Positions 15,906-29,497 of a stretch of 64,000 nucleotides of DNA are shown here, one piece after another. Source of the DNA: the human T2T-CHM13v2.0 reference genome, Homo sapiens. The notes under the pieces were generated by a model. The model did not search any database. It had not been told where the DNA came from and was given only the letters and a program-made list of their open reading frames with translations. Location: NCBI RefSeq assembly GCF_009914755.1, contig NC_060935.1; one strand, 5' to 3'. The translations under genes were made by a program, and so were the position numbers. Positions within the stretch are counted from its first letter, which is position 1. Each line of letters opens with the position of its first letter.

Positions 15906-16980
15906 AATCTTTTTGTATATTTCTGCTGGTGATAAAAGCTTTTAATATTTTGTGTCAGAAAAAGTCTTTGTTTCAAAAGATTATTTTCCCTTGGTATAGA
16001 ACTCTAGGTTGCCTGTTTTTTTACTTTCACTGCTTTAAAGATGTTATGCACTGTTTTCCTCCTTGAATTGTTTTTGACAAGGAATCTGTTATTTTTTCTT
16101 TTGATCTTCTGTATGTAAAATATCTTATCTTTCAAGACATTTAAGAGTTCTTTTAAGAGTTCTTTTTTATCACTGGCTTTAAGCAACTTGATGTACTTAG
16201 CATATTTTTTTTCATGTTTCTTGTGCTTGGGGTTTGTGGGGCTTCTTAGATCAGTGAGTTTATAGTTTCAATCAAATTCTGAATAGTTTCAGCCATTAAT
16301 AATGCTTCCATTTTTTTTTTTTTCTATCACACACCCTGCCTCTCTGGGGACTCCAACTGGATGTTTATTCAGAGACTTAAAGCTGTCCCACAGCTCACTG
16401 GCACTCTGCTCATTTTTCTTTGCACCCTTTATTTTATATGTGCTTTATTATGGGTCGTTTCTATGCTGGGACTTCACAGTGTTGAATCTGCCATTAATCC
16501 CACCCAATGTATCTTTCATGTCATATGTTATATAGCTCTCAACTGCAGAATTTTGACTTAGGTCTTTTGTATCGCATTTGGCATGTTTGGTCTTTTCTCT
16601 AGCTTCTTCAACATGTGAAATTGTTACTCTCTTTTAATGTCCTTGGGTACTAATTCTATCGTCTGTGTCATTTCTTGGAAATTTTCAACTGGCTGATTTT
16701 TTTCTTCATTATGGGTCATATTTTCCTGCTTCTTAGTATGCCTGGTAATTCTTTATTGGATGCCAGACATTGTGGACTGGGTGGATATTTTTGTATTCCT
16801 AAAAATACTCTTGAGTTAAGTTACTTGGAAATAGTTTGACCCTTTCGAGTCTTGCCTTTAAGCTTTATTTGGCAGGAACAGAACAGCATTTACTCTCGGG
16901 CTAATTTTGCTTTACTATTGAGGCAAAACCTTTCAGTACTATACCCAATGCCCATAAATTATAAAGTTCAAGAACAGGCA
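15906..16980 (-). mobile_element. Ancient L1M, antisense, continuation after the L1PA insertion
   Basis: T-rich L1M-like sequence resumes directly after the TSD. Right boundary approximate. Confidence 0.65.
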
Positions 16981-19174
16981 AAACTATGCCAATAGAAATC
17001 AGAATAGTGATTGACGGTAGGGTGTGGATATTGGAATTTTCTGGGGTATTGCTTACACAAATGTACCTATTAAAATTCATCAAACTGCTCAAAATCTGTG
17101 CATATCACTGTATATCAATTTTACCTCTATAAAAATCATGTTTGGTATCAAATATATGTGTACATAATTAAATGCTGAAAAGATTTATACTAAAATTTCA
17201 ATAGTGAAGAATATCAGGTAGTTTTCTAATTGGCTTCTGAATATTTTCATGTTATCTAAATTTTCAATATATATAACCTTTTAAAAATACATAAAACTAA
17301 TATTTAATGAAACAATTTAAGGGGGACTCTCTACCTTGTAGAATGGATAAAGGAGAGGAAACAAATATTTATTGGGCATTTGCCATGTATCAGGTCCTTT
17401 AAAAGTCACTTTATTACATGATTCTATTTAAACAATATAACAACTCTATCAAGTAGGTATTATCCCATTTGCAAAAGAGAAAACAGTGATTCAGACTTAT
17501 GGTTATGTGTCCAAGGACCCTCAACTTGATCTTAGGTCTGCCTGCTTCTGAAGTCGGTATTTTGATTCTAAGAGAATTAAGCCCTCAAGACGGATTTCTG
17601 AAATTCAGAGAGTAAAGAATGCTTGGTAGGATAGAAGAATCCCAGAAATACATTACTGTCTACGAGCATAGGAATTGGCACATTGGACTCTGGGAGTTAA
17701 CTATTAAAATGGGAAAGTGAATTATCCAAATGTCAGAGTCACAAATCAAGCACAGTTAATCTGAAACCCAAGAAAGTCTGACCTGAGACAAGGAAAGAGG
17801 TGGGTGGCTCAGAGGAAAAAAAAAAAAAAAAAAAACAAACCTAAGACCAAGTATGGCAGCCGGTGGGAGAGGGAAGAAAAGTGTTCCTTCCTTATAACCT
17901 GTAGGCAAGTTACAAAAACAAGGGTTGTTTTGTCCCCTGTCGGAGTGAAACCTCAGAGACCAAAGTTCAACGCTTTCAGGTTACGGGAATGGAAATGGTG
18001 AATTCCCTGTATCAGCTGCCTCCAGCCCAGGCAAGCCTGACTCACAGGTTGGTCACCTGTTTGGAATGGGCTGTGGGAGAGCACACCCATGAGGTTGCTC
18101 AGGGAGCAATGGGCCACAGCAGTTTTCCCTGTGAATTGTGTTCAGGTAAGACCCTGCAGTCAGACCAGCTCACTCCTCCTTTGCTATTTCTTTATATATA
18201 GTCTCTTTCCATTCCGAAAATGTACTCTGAGCCCTGGCCTTTAACAGCTTCATTTGTTTTCCTTCATCTCCCAGTTTACAACTGTGAAGGAAACATTCAT
18301 TGATCAAGTTCTTTCAGCTTGGAATGGAGTCTCTGACTCCCAAAAATCTCTCCCAGGACCAACTGCAAGGGGGTAGTGGATCTAGGATTAAGGCTGGAGC
18401 CTGAAGCACTGCTGAGAATGGGGAGTCTGACACGTAATGACCTCCATATATACAAGCTGGTCAGTGCTCTCTCAGAGCCTGCATGTGGCTTTGTCCAGAG
18501 AATATGAATCCCAGTTTGAGCAGCAATATGGATCAGAGTTGGTAGAGAGGAAGATTGAGGCTCTCACGCTAGGATGTCTTCAGCATCCTTCTTGTATCCT
18601 TGTGTGCAAAATGGGAGCCTGGGAAAGGAACTAGAAGAACTGAACCCCATCCCTCTGATACATACACATTGCTTTTTTCCTTCTTTATAGCATAGCTTGG
18701 CTGTCCAAATGTTCTGGCAGAGACCAAGCTCCAGGCTCAGTGGGGGGTTCTAATTTTCCATGGCTCATTCACTTCTGAGAACTTTGGCTCAGTTGCATAA
18801 TGGGGGGCTACTTCCTGCCAGTTGTGGCCCTGTTGTGTGATACCTTCTGACACATACGTTTTTTTGAAAAAAGATTGTCTGCTGGGAACTGGACTGAAAC
18901 CAACATATAACCGTTTGTTTCATACTGGTTAGGAAGCCACCAGGAAGGCCTACCCAAAGTGGTTTTAAATACATACACACACAGTCCTCTCCTCTTAGAG
19001 CCAAGAACAGGCCATTAGTGATGTGTTAGAAAATCCAGGCTGACCTTCTCAGTCATGAGGGAAGCTCCCTGGGCCCACCAGCAGGCTTTTGCCAAGAATG
19101 GGCTCCATCTTGAGCCCACAGCTCTTCCCTAGCTTCCCAGCAGAAGCAAGGGGAGAGTGGAGAAGTCAAACACT

Positions 19175-19390
19175 TCTTGAGCATTGCTTACTATATGTCA
19201 AGTTCTACCCTGGACCCTCAATAGAAAGTATTTCACTGATCCTCACAATAGATCTGTGGGGTAAGTGTCACTATTGTTATTTTGAGGAAACTGAGGCTCA
19301 GAAAAGTTACATGTATTCCCAAAGTCACATAGTAAACTGAGTGTGTAAACTTGAGTGGTAGAGTCAGAATTTAAACACTGATTTTTATCT
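19175..19390 (-). mobile_element. MIR SINE
   Basis: gaggaaactgaggctcagaaaagttacatgtattcccaaagtcacatag is the reverse MIR core. Confidence 0.75.
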
Positions 19391-19932
19391 GTTGCAAATG
19401 TTGGGCTTTTCCCACCACCAGCAGAAATCTTGCTGGCCCTCAGCAAATATTCCTTTACAGCAGTCATTTCAAAACTTTTCTGACCCTATACTCCCATCAG
19501 TAAACATTTTTAAGAACCACCTTCAATACAGACATATTTATTTATTTATAAACTCCACGCACTAGCTAATATCTGTTAGCATTGCCTGGTAATATAATAC
19601 CCCAGAGCACTAATCATCATTAATGACAATAAATATATATCCATGTTTAATGTAGTCTTCATGACTTGGAAAACTTTTTGGCCAGATCTTGTGAAATCTA
19701 ATTAAATTGCTTTTGTTTTAGCTTCAATACATGGCTGGCAAATAATTTGTTCCAGGAGTAGAAGAAATGATATGGCATTCTTCTTACCTTCTTGGGCATG
19801 AGTTGCTCCTGCTGTCAACAATCTCCAGTTTCCTTACAGAAGAATTTTTAAGACACTTTTCCATTTTTTAAAAGTGATTCGGTTAAAATGGGATAATATG
19901 GTTTGTAAATCGACTCACTGTGTTTATGCAAG

Positions 19933-20275
19933 ACCATGGAATACTATGCACCCATATAAAGGGATGAGTTCATGTCCTTTGCAGGGACATGGATGAAGCT
20001 GGAAACCATCATTCTCAGCAAACTAACACAAGAACAGAAAACCAAACACCACATGTTCTCACTCATAGGTGGGAGTTGAACAATGAGAACACATGGACAC
20101 AGGAGGGGAACGTTACACACCGGGGCCTACCAGGGGGTGGTGGGCTAGGGGAGGGCTAGCATTAGGAGAAACATCTAATGTAGATGATGGGCTGATGGGT
20201 GCAGCAAACCACCATGGCACCTGTATACCTATGTAACAAACCTGCACGTTCTGCACATGTATCACAGAACTTGAA

Positions 20276-20276
<1 letters not shown>
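19933..20276 (+). mobile_element. L1PA 3'-end fragment (~345 bp, L1PA7-like)
   Basis: accatggaatactatgca...cctgcacgttctgcacatgtatcacagaacttgaag. Confidence 0.92.

Positions 20277-20328
<52 letters not shown>
20277..20328. repeat. (TA)26 microsatellite in place of the L1 poly(A) tail
   Basis: 52 nt of perfect TA repeat. Confidence 0.97.
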
Positions 20329-20329
<1 letters not shown>

Positions 20330-20569
20330 CACCATAATATGCTAAAAGAGAAATCAGGGCACCAGTAGGACCTCCCCCACCCACCTTGCAGAATTTCACT
20401 TTCCTCACAGTGCTTCGCACGGATGCAAATGACTCGTGGGAGTCTGAGGGTACCGGGGTCCATATATACATTCAATATTAGTACATAGAAAAGTAGTTCC
20501 CATTTTTAGATTGAAAGTACCTATGAATAGAAGCTCTAATGGTTTCTTCCCTTATCTCGTGTTCTATTC

Positions 20570-21440
20570 TGCGCAATTCCTGGAGCGGGCAGTCCCCGCC
20601 TTGGAGACTCCTGCCTTACAGGAAGGGGTCACATATTCCTGAATTGGACCCCACTCAGATGCAGAAGGCTAAGAGTTTGGATGAGAAAAGCGGGCCAGTG
20701 AACGGGAGAGCCGGTGGGTGGGGTGGATGGAAGGAGGTGCCCACTCTGGAGGGCAAGAGAAAGGCACGAAAGCATGGGGCCACATGAGCGCGGCGTTCTG
20801 GGCCATCCCCGGTGGACTCCTGCCTAGGGGAGGGGTGCGTCGGCGGCGGCAGCCCAGTTTTCTGGATTTCTTTATTTCTGAGTCCAGGTCTTTCAGAAGC
20901 CTCTCTCCTAAATGCTCAAATACCAGAGTAAATGAAAACACTCTGCGGCACAATGATCCCTTAAGGTTTGTTTTCCAAGATGGAAAAGAAAGGCATTTCA
21001 GCCTTTTCACGGATAAAAATAACTTGCTGTTGATTTTGAAATCCCTTTCATTTGTCTCCCACAGACCAGCCCCATACAATGGTACTTTGTGCAAGAGCTC
21101 TCTGCATGGGCCGGCCGGGCCCCCTTCCCTCCGCCTGCCAACGGGAGGAGACGCGAGGCGCTGGGAGCTCCAGAGTGGGCGAGGACTTCGGGCAGACCCG
21201 GCGTTGCTGTTGGACATCATTCAGAAGTCCCCGCTCAGCGGGGGCAGCCCGAAGAGCAAAACAAACAGAGCGAGGAGTAGTGGAAAATGCTGAGTCCTGG
21301 AGCTGGCCGGAACGGCCTTCGCCTTTCCACGCCCAAAGCCAGCCGCTCTGCCCACCTGCAGCTGCAATAGCAAGCAGGGCCGCAGCAGGCAGGGAGGCCT
21401 TGGCACCAGAGCCCGTCCAGGGCTGGGAAGGCGGGGAACA
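20570..21440. promoter_or_regulatory. Orphan CpG-rich island-like region ~7 kb downstream of the ETS1 3' end
   Basis: Locally high GC and many CpGs (gcgcggcg, cggcggcggc, ggccggccggg, acgcgaggcg) in a CpG-depleted background; GC box at 20594-20600; no TE similarity noticed. Confidence 0.65.
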
Positions 21441-21594
21441 GACACTCCTCTCTCTTCAGACAGGCCCTCCAGAGTCCTCACCCTGAAGGCTGAGGTCTTT
21501 TTCTTGTTCCAGGAGTCCAGTGAAAAAATAGTTCTCAAAAACGGAGAAAAAGACTTTCTTGAACTGCAGTTTCAGATTTACTAATAGAGTCCAT

Positions 21595-21775
21595 TTACAT
21601 AGCACTTACTAAATGTCAAGCACCAACACAGATGAATTGGCAATCACCATGTCAGTCCTGCGAGGTTGGTACTTTTATCCCCATTTCACAGATGAAAAAA
21701 GCCAGGCACAGAGAAGTCAAATAACTTAACCCAAGTTCACAATGCTCAACAATGGCAGGGCCAGGATTTACCACC
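21595..21775 (-). mobile_element. MIR SINE
   Basis: atccccatttcacagatgaaaaaagccaggcacagagaagtcaaataacttaacccaag. Confidence 0.75.
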
Positions 21776-22849
21776 TGGTTTAAAATTTAAAACGTAGGAT
21801 TTAAAACCTACTTTACAGTCTTAAAGGTGACTGCCTTTTCTCTTCAGCTTATTAGATTTCCTCTCTAGGAATACAAGATGTGCAACACAAAGAGAGGAAA
21901 CTCAAGATGGAGAGTAAAGGGAATGAATGAGAGACAGGAGAATCACCAAGGACTAGAATAATACAAAAGATTTATTTAAAAAGCAGGTGGCCATCGGCCC
22001 AGGAGAAGGAGTGTGAGACCAAGGTACAGAAGTGGCAAGAAATGCTGAGCTGGGGCTGGAAGGTATGACAGTACTAGTCAGACAGGCACCTGTTCTGTCC
22101 AAAACAGGATTCCAGAAGTAATGTGAAGAGGTCACTTGGCAAAGGGGGCTCACACAGCTCTAGGGGGAAACTGAGGATCAGCAGCTGGAGCAGAGAAATA
22201 GAGAAATGAACACCTTCTTTCTTTCCAATTACAGCCGCAGTGGAGGCAGATGCCCAGGGCTCCTAGGAGAGACAGATCGCGATTAGAAGAGAGGGCCTAT
22301 GGCTGTCATGCAGGGAGGTCTGTCCATTCCTCTAAGCCAAGAGCTCTTGTCCCCAGAGGAAAGAGGAGAAGGAAGAAAGGAACAAACAAATGAACAGAGG
22401 AAGGAATGAAGAGAGAGAGAGAGAAGGAGGGAGGAAGGGCTGGAAGGAAGAAAGGAAGGGGCTGTTTTTTTTCTTGTGTTTGGAAGAACAAGCTGCCAAC
22501 CCTCATTAAATGCATAGGATTGGCTTTAGAGTTACTACACCTAAATTCTAATTCTGTCTCTGTCACCGGTTAGTAATGTGATCTCATGGAAATCACTGAA
22601 ACTCCCTTAACCTGAAACCCCATGTCTATACAATGAGGACACTGGAATTCACCTCTAAGGTTCTCTCTGGATCTAAAATCTACACTCTGATGATACTGAG
22701 ACCAAGGACAGGGACTTTGATTGTTGCCTTTTCATGCCACCCAAGGTCTACATCCTAGCACAGTGCCCACCACCCATCCACACCGACCAGACACCCAGGG
22801 CTAGTGATTCTGTGTTCTCAACACCTCTCTGATGTGCCATAGCTGCTTC

Positions 22850-23460
22850 TCTTGCATGCAACTCTTCTGAGCATGAAACAGTTTTCCAACTGGTCTCCCT
22901 GCCTCCACCCTTGTCTGGCTCTGATTCATGTTCTGCTCCACAGTCAGAATGATTTTCCTAAGCACAGGTCGGATCATGTGACTTAGCCTGCTGGAAGAGC
23001 CTCAGGACTCCACGTCACTCTTCACACAGCCCACAGGGCCCTGGATCATCTCCACACATTCTTGCTGTCCTCTCCTCACACCCACACTCTTTTGCACTCT
23101 GTGCTCTAGATCCATAAAACTACTTCCAGTTTCTCCATCAGTGTACACACTTTCTCACCTCTCAGCCTCTGGACATGCATTCCCCACCACTGGAACCTCT
23201 TTCCCTCCCCACTTAACTAACTGCTACTCACCTGCAGGCCACACATTCCTTCAGGTTAGGTTCCTCCTATGTGTCAAATCATATTGTTACTTCACTGGAT
23301 GGTGTTCCCCTTTATTTGTCTATAAATTGTAATTTACTGGAAGTAGACGGAAGGAAAAAAAAGTGTGTTTACCTTCTTCCTTATGGTTTCCCTTGTACTG
23401 AACCCAATGCCAACCACACGGCAGGTGCTCAAGGGATGTTTGTTATCTGAATAAATTTGC
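22850..23460 (+). mobile_element. L2 3' fragment
   Basis: L2-like ggtctccctgcctccacc...cacacggcaggtgctcaagggatgtttgttatctgaataaat. Confidence 0.6.
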
Positions 23461-26400
23461 TTGGTGGCGTCACTATGTAGGGCACCTTCTAGATATAACA
23501 TCCTATAGTTCTGTAAAGTGAGATGTCAGTGACTCTGCATTTTCAGTTTCTAAAAACTGAGAGAGATAAGGCCTTCCACCACCCAGTGATCCAACTTTCT
23601 TAGTCTCCTGTTCCCAGCCTAAGCACCATTATTTAGCAGATTCTTGTGTCCATCAGAACTAATAGAAATGATTATCATGATCAATACTGAATCAACTGAA
23701 ATCGGCTTTAAATCAGGATGCATTCCCTAGAAATCGGATGAAATTTAGTACAGTGTGGGACTAGAGACAGGGCTAAGGGTATCTGGGAAGAGAGAGATCT
23801 GCATTCTAGTACCAGTTCTGTCATTAATGAGGTGACATTGGGCAAGTCCTCTGGCCTCTCTAAACCTTGAATTCATGAATGCCTAATTGAAGAGGTTGCA
23901 CCAGATAATCTTTAAGGTCTCTTTTGACTCTAAAATGTAGAATTTTAGAATTCTGGCATTTGCTCTTCTTCTCATCATCCTCTAGGCCATTACTGGGTTT
24001 AATGAGGAGACTGTATAAAGTATCGTACGACCAACAGGAACTGCTCTGAGTAATTATGCCAGGACAAGGGATGGACTCTGAGACTATTCCAGGTACACCA
24101 GAATGTGTGCTCACTCTTATTTTAATTGTCTTTCTTGACTGGGCTTCAGGTTTGGGGCTGTTACTTGTAGTTGCAGAGAGAAGGCTATTTGGAATTTATG
24201 ATCAGGGCTCTGATCTGAGATTTCACAGAGGCCACACTCATGGGTTCCTAGAGCAGCTAACACATGCCACCATCATGCACATGGCACACCTGGTCCCTTC
24301 CTGCTCTAAATGGGAAATCTGTGCCCAGAGTTAGCACCGCCTTCCATCCATACCCTGCTGAGTTCATACACTCACCTCAGCCCACCCGTGTTCCATGATT
24401 AGCCAGTGAAGCAAATAAATCCGCTTGGGCTCTCGTGCACAGCTCTGTGCTATCATGATGAAAACGTGGCCATGGAGAAAACAGATATTTGAATGAAATA
24501 TCTGTTACCCCTAAACACTGGTCACACTAGTCATTGTTTTCACCGTCATTCTTACCTTGCCTCAAATATGGATAAGCCTCTCACATTACAGGTGCACTGG
24601 CTGCACTGTATTTGCAAACTTCCTTATTCCCATGGAAGGCAGAACAAATGGAACAAAGTTGGTCTACCTGAGAAGTAGATTGGCAGAGGGAGTCCCCCAG
24701 TTCAATCACACTTGGAGTTTTGAACTTGCCTTCCCCTGAGATCTGTAAGAACAATGACTATTTCTGATGAACACAACACAGTTCCAAAACCATCTGGAAG
24801 CTCCCAGTCCCATCTCTTCTTCTAAAGTTAGGAATATCCTTGTTTCACAGAGGCAATCCCAGACCAAACCCAGTACTCATCATTAGCTTTTCAGGTTTGC
24901 AAAGACAGTTGCCACTTCTTTGAGTATACCTGTACATGTGCTATTTCTAGGTACATTTGGGGGACAGCCTTTGACAAGGTACAAGGAGAGTCACAGCTTA
25001 AATTACAGGTTTGCCTATAAAAAGGTTAAAAAGAGCCTGTTACTGCCCAGGGCCAGTGGCTCAGGCTGACCATGTGGAGTGGAGAGAGAGAAGGTAGTGA
25101 CTCTATCTTGACCCTCACTAATTCCCACAAGAGGCTGCTGAAAACATCCTTGTGCCGCTAAATTGTATCACATGGAATGACCAGGGCTGACCTGACATCA
25201 AAGCTCTGTAGAAATGCTGTCGTCCAGAGAGCACGAGAGTCTGAGTGGCAGGGCAGAGAGATTAGAGATAGGACTGTAAACTCAAACGGGCTTTGGGGAT
25301 TTTGCAGCCTGCCACAAGCCTGGCCTTTGTTGATTCCCTAGGTTGCTGTGGGCAGATGATCATCGCCATCATTACTTTGGATGTCAGGACATTGAGATAC
25401 ACCAGGCAATCTGATGCAACTGGCTTTCCCAGGGCAGAAGCATTTGCCAGGAAAGTGGAAACAGGGAAAGGGACTGGAACATTGAGTAAATCAGGAAATA
25501 GCACTGACCAAGGGACAGAGAGGCCAGAGCCACTTTACCCCCTCATTTGGGGTTCTAAATTCTTATCAAATTTTTTTTCCTCAAGTTCAAACCTTGTGGC
25601 ATTTTCACCAATTGATCAACAACTGCCTTTATCAGACTCCTTGAATCTCTGCCTCACTGCAAAAAGTGCCAGGGGAATGCTTTTCTCTTCTATTATTTAG
25701 GTGAGGATTCTCACGGCATGGAGGGATCTCACAGAGTAGTGAGATGCCAGCAGCATGCCGAGCCAATATGCCCATAAATGCAAGGGCCAGGTCCTTAATC
25801 CAGCCATGAGGATGGTCAAGGATCCCTGTATACAAGCCAGAGAAGGGACTCTGTACAACTAGAACTGAGTCGCAAACCATCTTCCAGAGCAGCCCCTGGG
25901 GAAAAGCAGAGGTCAAACAGCAGTATGGAAGTGAAAAGGCTCACGTACTGAAAGAAGACTTTGTCCTTGTCCCATATTTGATGTGTGAAACGTACCCCTT
26001 AGTAACCAGGCCTGTGGCTCCCAGAGCTGGTGAGCCATCAGCCAGCATCATCAAGAGACTTTTCAGCGTTCTATGCCAGCAATACGGCATCATGGAAAGA
26101 ACAGGGCTTAGAAGTCAGATGGTTCTCTGATGAACCTGATGACCTCTTGTACTCTCTTCCACCGTAGGCTCTAGAATAAAATGAGCTTCATGCCAAGTAA
26201 ACATGGAATGTGGATAGATATCTACACAGGGGTCACAAAATTAAATTCTACAGGGACAAGGCAGGAATGTCAATGTGTGGGCCTGACCTATGAGAGTTAA
26301 AATAGGGGACTGATATGCACCTAAAGGAGGCAGCTTCAGTTCAGTGCCCATGGTGGTTGCTATGAAGGAATATGCTAGAATCCAAAGACATCCCATTAAC

Positions 26401-28128
26401 CTACTACGGTACATTCTTCTTTTGGGTTGCGTGGGGCAAGGGGTTCCTACACTGTGAAGGCAAAAGTGCACATCTCTATGGCATGGAACCAGCCTGAGTG
26501 TGACCTCTAGTTCACATTGTTTGCCTCATTGTACCCAAAGCACAAATCACAATCCTTTTCCTTTTTAGGTTTAAATAGTTACATTTCATTCATACACCTC
26601 TGCCGATCCATTTGTTTTTCTTTTCTTTTTGTCTTGGGTGCTGCAGCTTGCTCCAAAGTTATAGCAGTCGAGTCAGAGTAGACTTGGTTAATTTTCTTAT
26701 CCCATCACCTTCTGAAAGCTGTTCAAATCTACAGAGTGTGACCATCACCTCCTCTTTCCCTTGTGTCTCCTTCTATCCTCACCTTACCCGATCCTCCCAA
26801 ATTCTGCAACTGCTTTTGAAGATACTGTCTCCTCTACAGACCCCCATCACTGCAGCTTCAACTGTGGTCTCAGCAGTATTGTTAAGAGGAATCACCAAAG
26901 CCCGGTTGCCTGAGGGCTCCTCATCTGAACTCTGGCTCCTAGTGGGAGAAGCGTAAGCCTAAGCTGAATTATTCAAGTACGTCTTGTATCTTTGACCCTG
27001 GTGAGCACTGAGTCGGGTACTTGGAGGGATAACTGCAACTTGGCACTGAAGAAAAGCTCTCTGGTTGAATCCTTGACTGAAGCAGAAACCTATTCTCTGT
27101 GTGCTGTTTATTCGGGAGAAGAGTTCAAATGTGGCCTCAGGTTGGCTCAGGAGTTGTGGCTTTTCCCAGGTTTGCAGCTGAAAACTAAAAACAAAATATA
27201 AGGACCTGAAGCCATTTTTCCCAAAGTCTCCCAGTGAGTGGTGGTGGCTTGACCAGGATTGAGGGGCTGAAGCCTTCTTCGCGGCCAGTCCTGCTCCCTG
27301 ACCACCAGACCACACAGTCCGTGCTTAACATGTACTCAGCAAACCTCAAGCTCCAGGCCTGAAGAAACAGATTTTCCAAAAACAGAGCTCTCTTTGTGAA
27401 CAATTCAGCAAAAATTCTCTTTCCAGCTGTGAGCTGGGATTCATGTTGCAAATGTTGGTGTTAATTAAAAACATCCACCTTCTACAGTTTCAGCAACAAG
27501 GAAAAAGCACCATGCATGAGGTGTTCCTAAGCACTCCCCTCCAAAGCACTTATAAACATGATTTTATTTATGGCATGTGTTGCTAGGGGTTCTGACAGAT
27601 ATTATTATTCCCAATCTTCAGCCCCAGTGAAAGAGTTGGGGCCAAGGAGATGGATGTGAAGGGCCCAAATTGCCATAGAGCAAAATTAGTATCAGTGGTG
27701 GACACAAGAATACTGTTCATTTCCCACAGGATCCACTAAAGATGTTCAACTTTCTGTATTCATATCAGGAACGGTACGTAGCTGAAATCAAATGTTTATC
27801 TGTTGAGTCATTAAACGTTTCCTTCACATGGCTCTTAGTCCTTCGGACATGAAGAAGTGAGGTCTGACAAGGCCAGGGACATTCCACAAAGGATGACACA
27901 ATATATTCAAAGATTGGGATGTTCGATGACTTCCCTATATTCCTGTTATATTTCTCACCTTATTAGGAAATCTTTATCTCCAATGGTCCTGAGCTAGTGA
28001 GATCAGAAAGACTAAACTGCATCCCTCTGTGCTTGCCTCTGGTTGGTTGATTTGTCCTGCTTTAATACATGATCCAGACAAGAAAGAATCAAGCCAAAGC
28101 CACAGCATTATGAATGAAATTCTTTGTT

Positions 28129-28134
28129 TTTAAT
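28129..28134 (-). terminator. Distal polyadenylation signal ATTAAA of ETS1
   Basis: tttaat on the + strand, followed ~25 nt downstream on the minus strand by the GU/U-rich element TGCTGTGGCTTTGGCTTGATTCTTTCTTGT. Confidence 0.8.
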
Positions 28135-29413
28135 TTCACACAGTTTAAAATACAATATGAAATCAGGCTACAGTATATAAAAAACTCTCCAGCAAAATGA
28201 TGTGCCAGCATCAGCTACTAAAATAAACAAACAAAAAACTCCGCCATAAGAATTTTTTTGCATTTTTTTTTAAAAAAACATCGACACTTACATCGCTACA
28301 TCTCTAAGCTACCTCAGTTCTGATTTTTAAAAAGCACCTGCTTTTCCTTTTTTTCATCTTGCTTCTAAATTTTCAGCTTTTAAAAAATATAAATTATATG
28401 AAAATACAAGTTGGAAAATAGTCAAACACAATATAACATCTTTTTCATCCCTATACTTCTCAGCTTAAAAAAAAAGTATTCTTAAAAAAAAAAGTTCAAT
28501 AACTGAGGCAGTATTCCTGATAATTTTATTTTAATATATATATTTTATATATGTATATGTATACATATATTTATGGTTCCTTGAAACTTCTTTGGAATGT
28601 AGGTAAGAGTTCAACAAATTTATATAGACCCCAACAGAGTAAGCGGCATGCACAGCATGACTAGAAGAGAGATGGTGTATTTCTCACCATGAAGGTTAGG
28701 CAGGTTAATGCTGTAAAACCCAGAGTGTTCATCTCCAAAGTGAGGAAAAGCACATCTGATCTTTGAATGCTACCTCCAATCCCCACAGCCACAAAAATCA
28801 GGGCTCTATGTAGGGGAAGTCCCTCTCCAGAATGGAGAAGGGAACAAAAGTGACTCTGAACCCTAAAGCCAAAACCAACAAAGGTTAAGGCATCTCTGGG
28901 AAAATAAGGGTTTCACCCAGCTAGACCAGATTTGCCCATCCTTCCTCTGAAGTTAACGTGTGTTTTTAAAAAGCATAAACGCAACATTTCCAGTGTATAA
29001 ACCACCCACCACTCTTCCTGGGATGGTCTCTGGCCTTTGGACAAAGGAGAAAAAACATCTGGCCAGATCGACAAAGCTGTCTTAACTAATACACTATCTA
29101 CAAATCTTGAAAATGGTGGACTTAGAGAGAAAGGGAATTTTAGCAAACAAGCGGGCGGAGGAGCACTAGGAGGCACTTTCTTATATCTTATCTGCTATAG
29201 GAACTGCAGGAGTTATACTCACAGAAGGAGAGTTTCCGGCATAAATTTAATAGGAACGGTGGATGATTTGAGAAAGTGATTTTATGCCTGGTTGCAAACA
29301 GCAAGCAATAATTGATACCCGGCCCTGGTTCTACTCTTACCCATTATTGAAATGTGGAAAGACTTACCTAGAAATCTAAGGTATTATTTCAGCTGCAGTT
29401 TTGCATGTCTGCA

Positions 29414-29414
<1 letters not shown>

Positions 29415-29464
<50 letters not shown>

Positions 29465-29497
29465 CATTCACACACATGCACACATTCACACACACAC
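29415..29497. repeat. Interrupted (CA)n microsatellite in the ETS1 3'UTR ((UG)n in the mRNA)
   Basis: Read directly from the sequence. Confidence 0.95.

Noticed and set aside
20669-21538. Overlapping 105-191 aa ORFs in the CpG-rich patch
   Set aside because: No recognisable domain; long ORFs on both strands are expected in GC-rich DNA.
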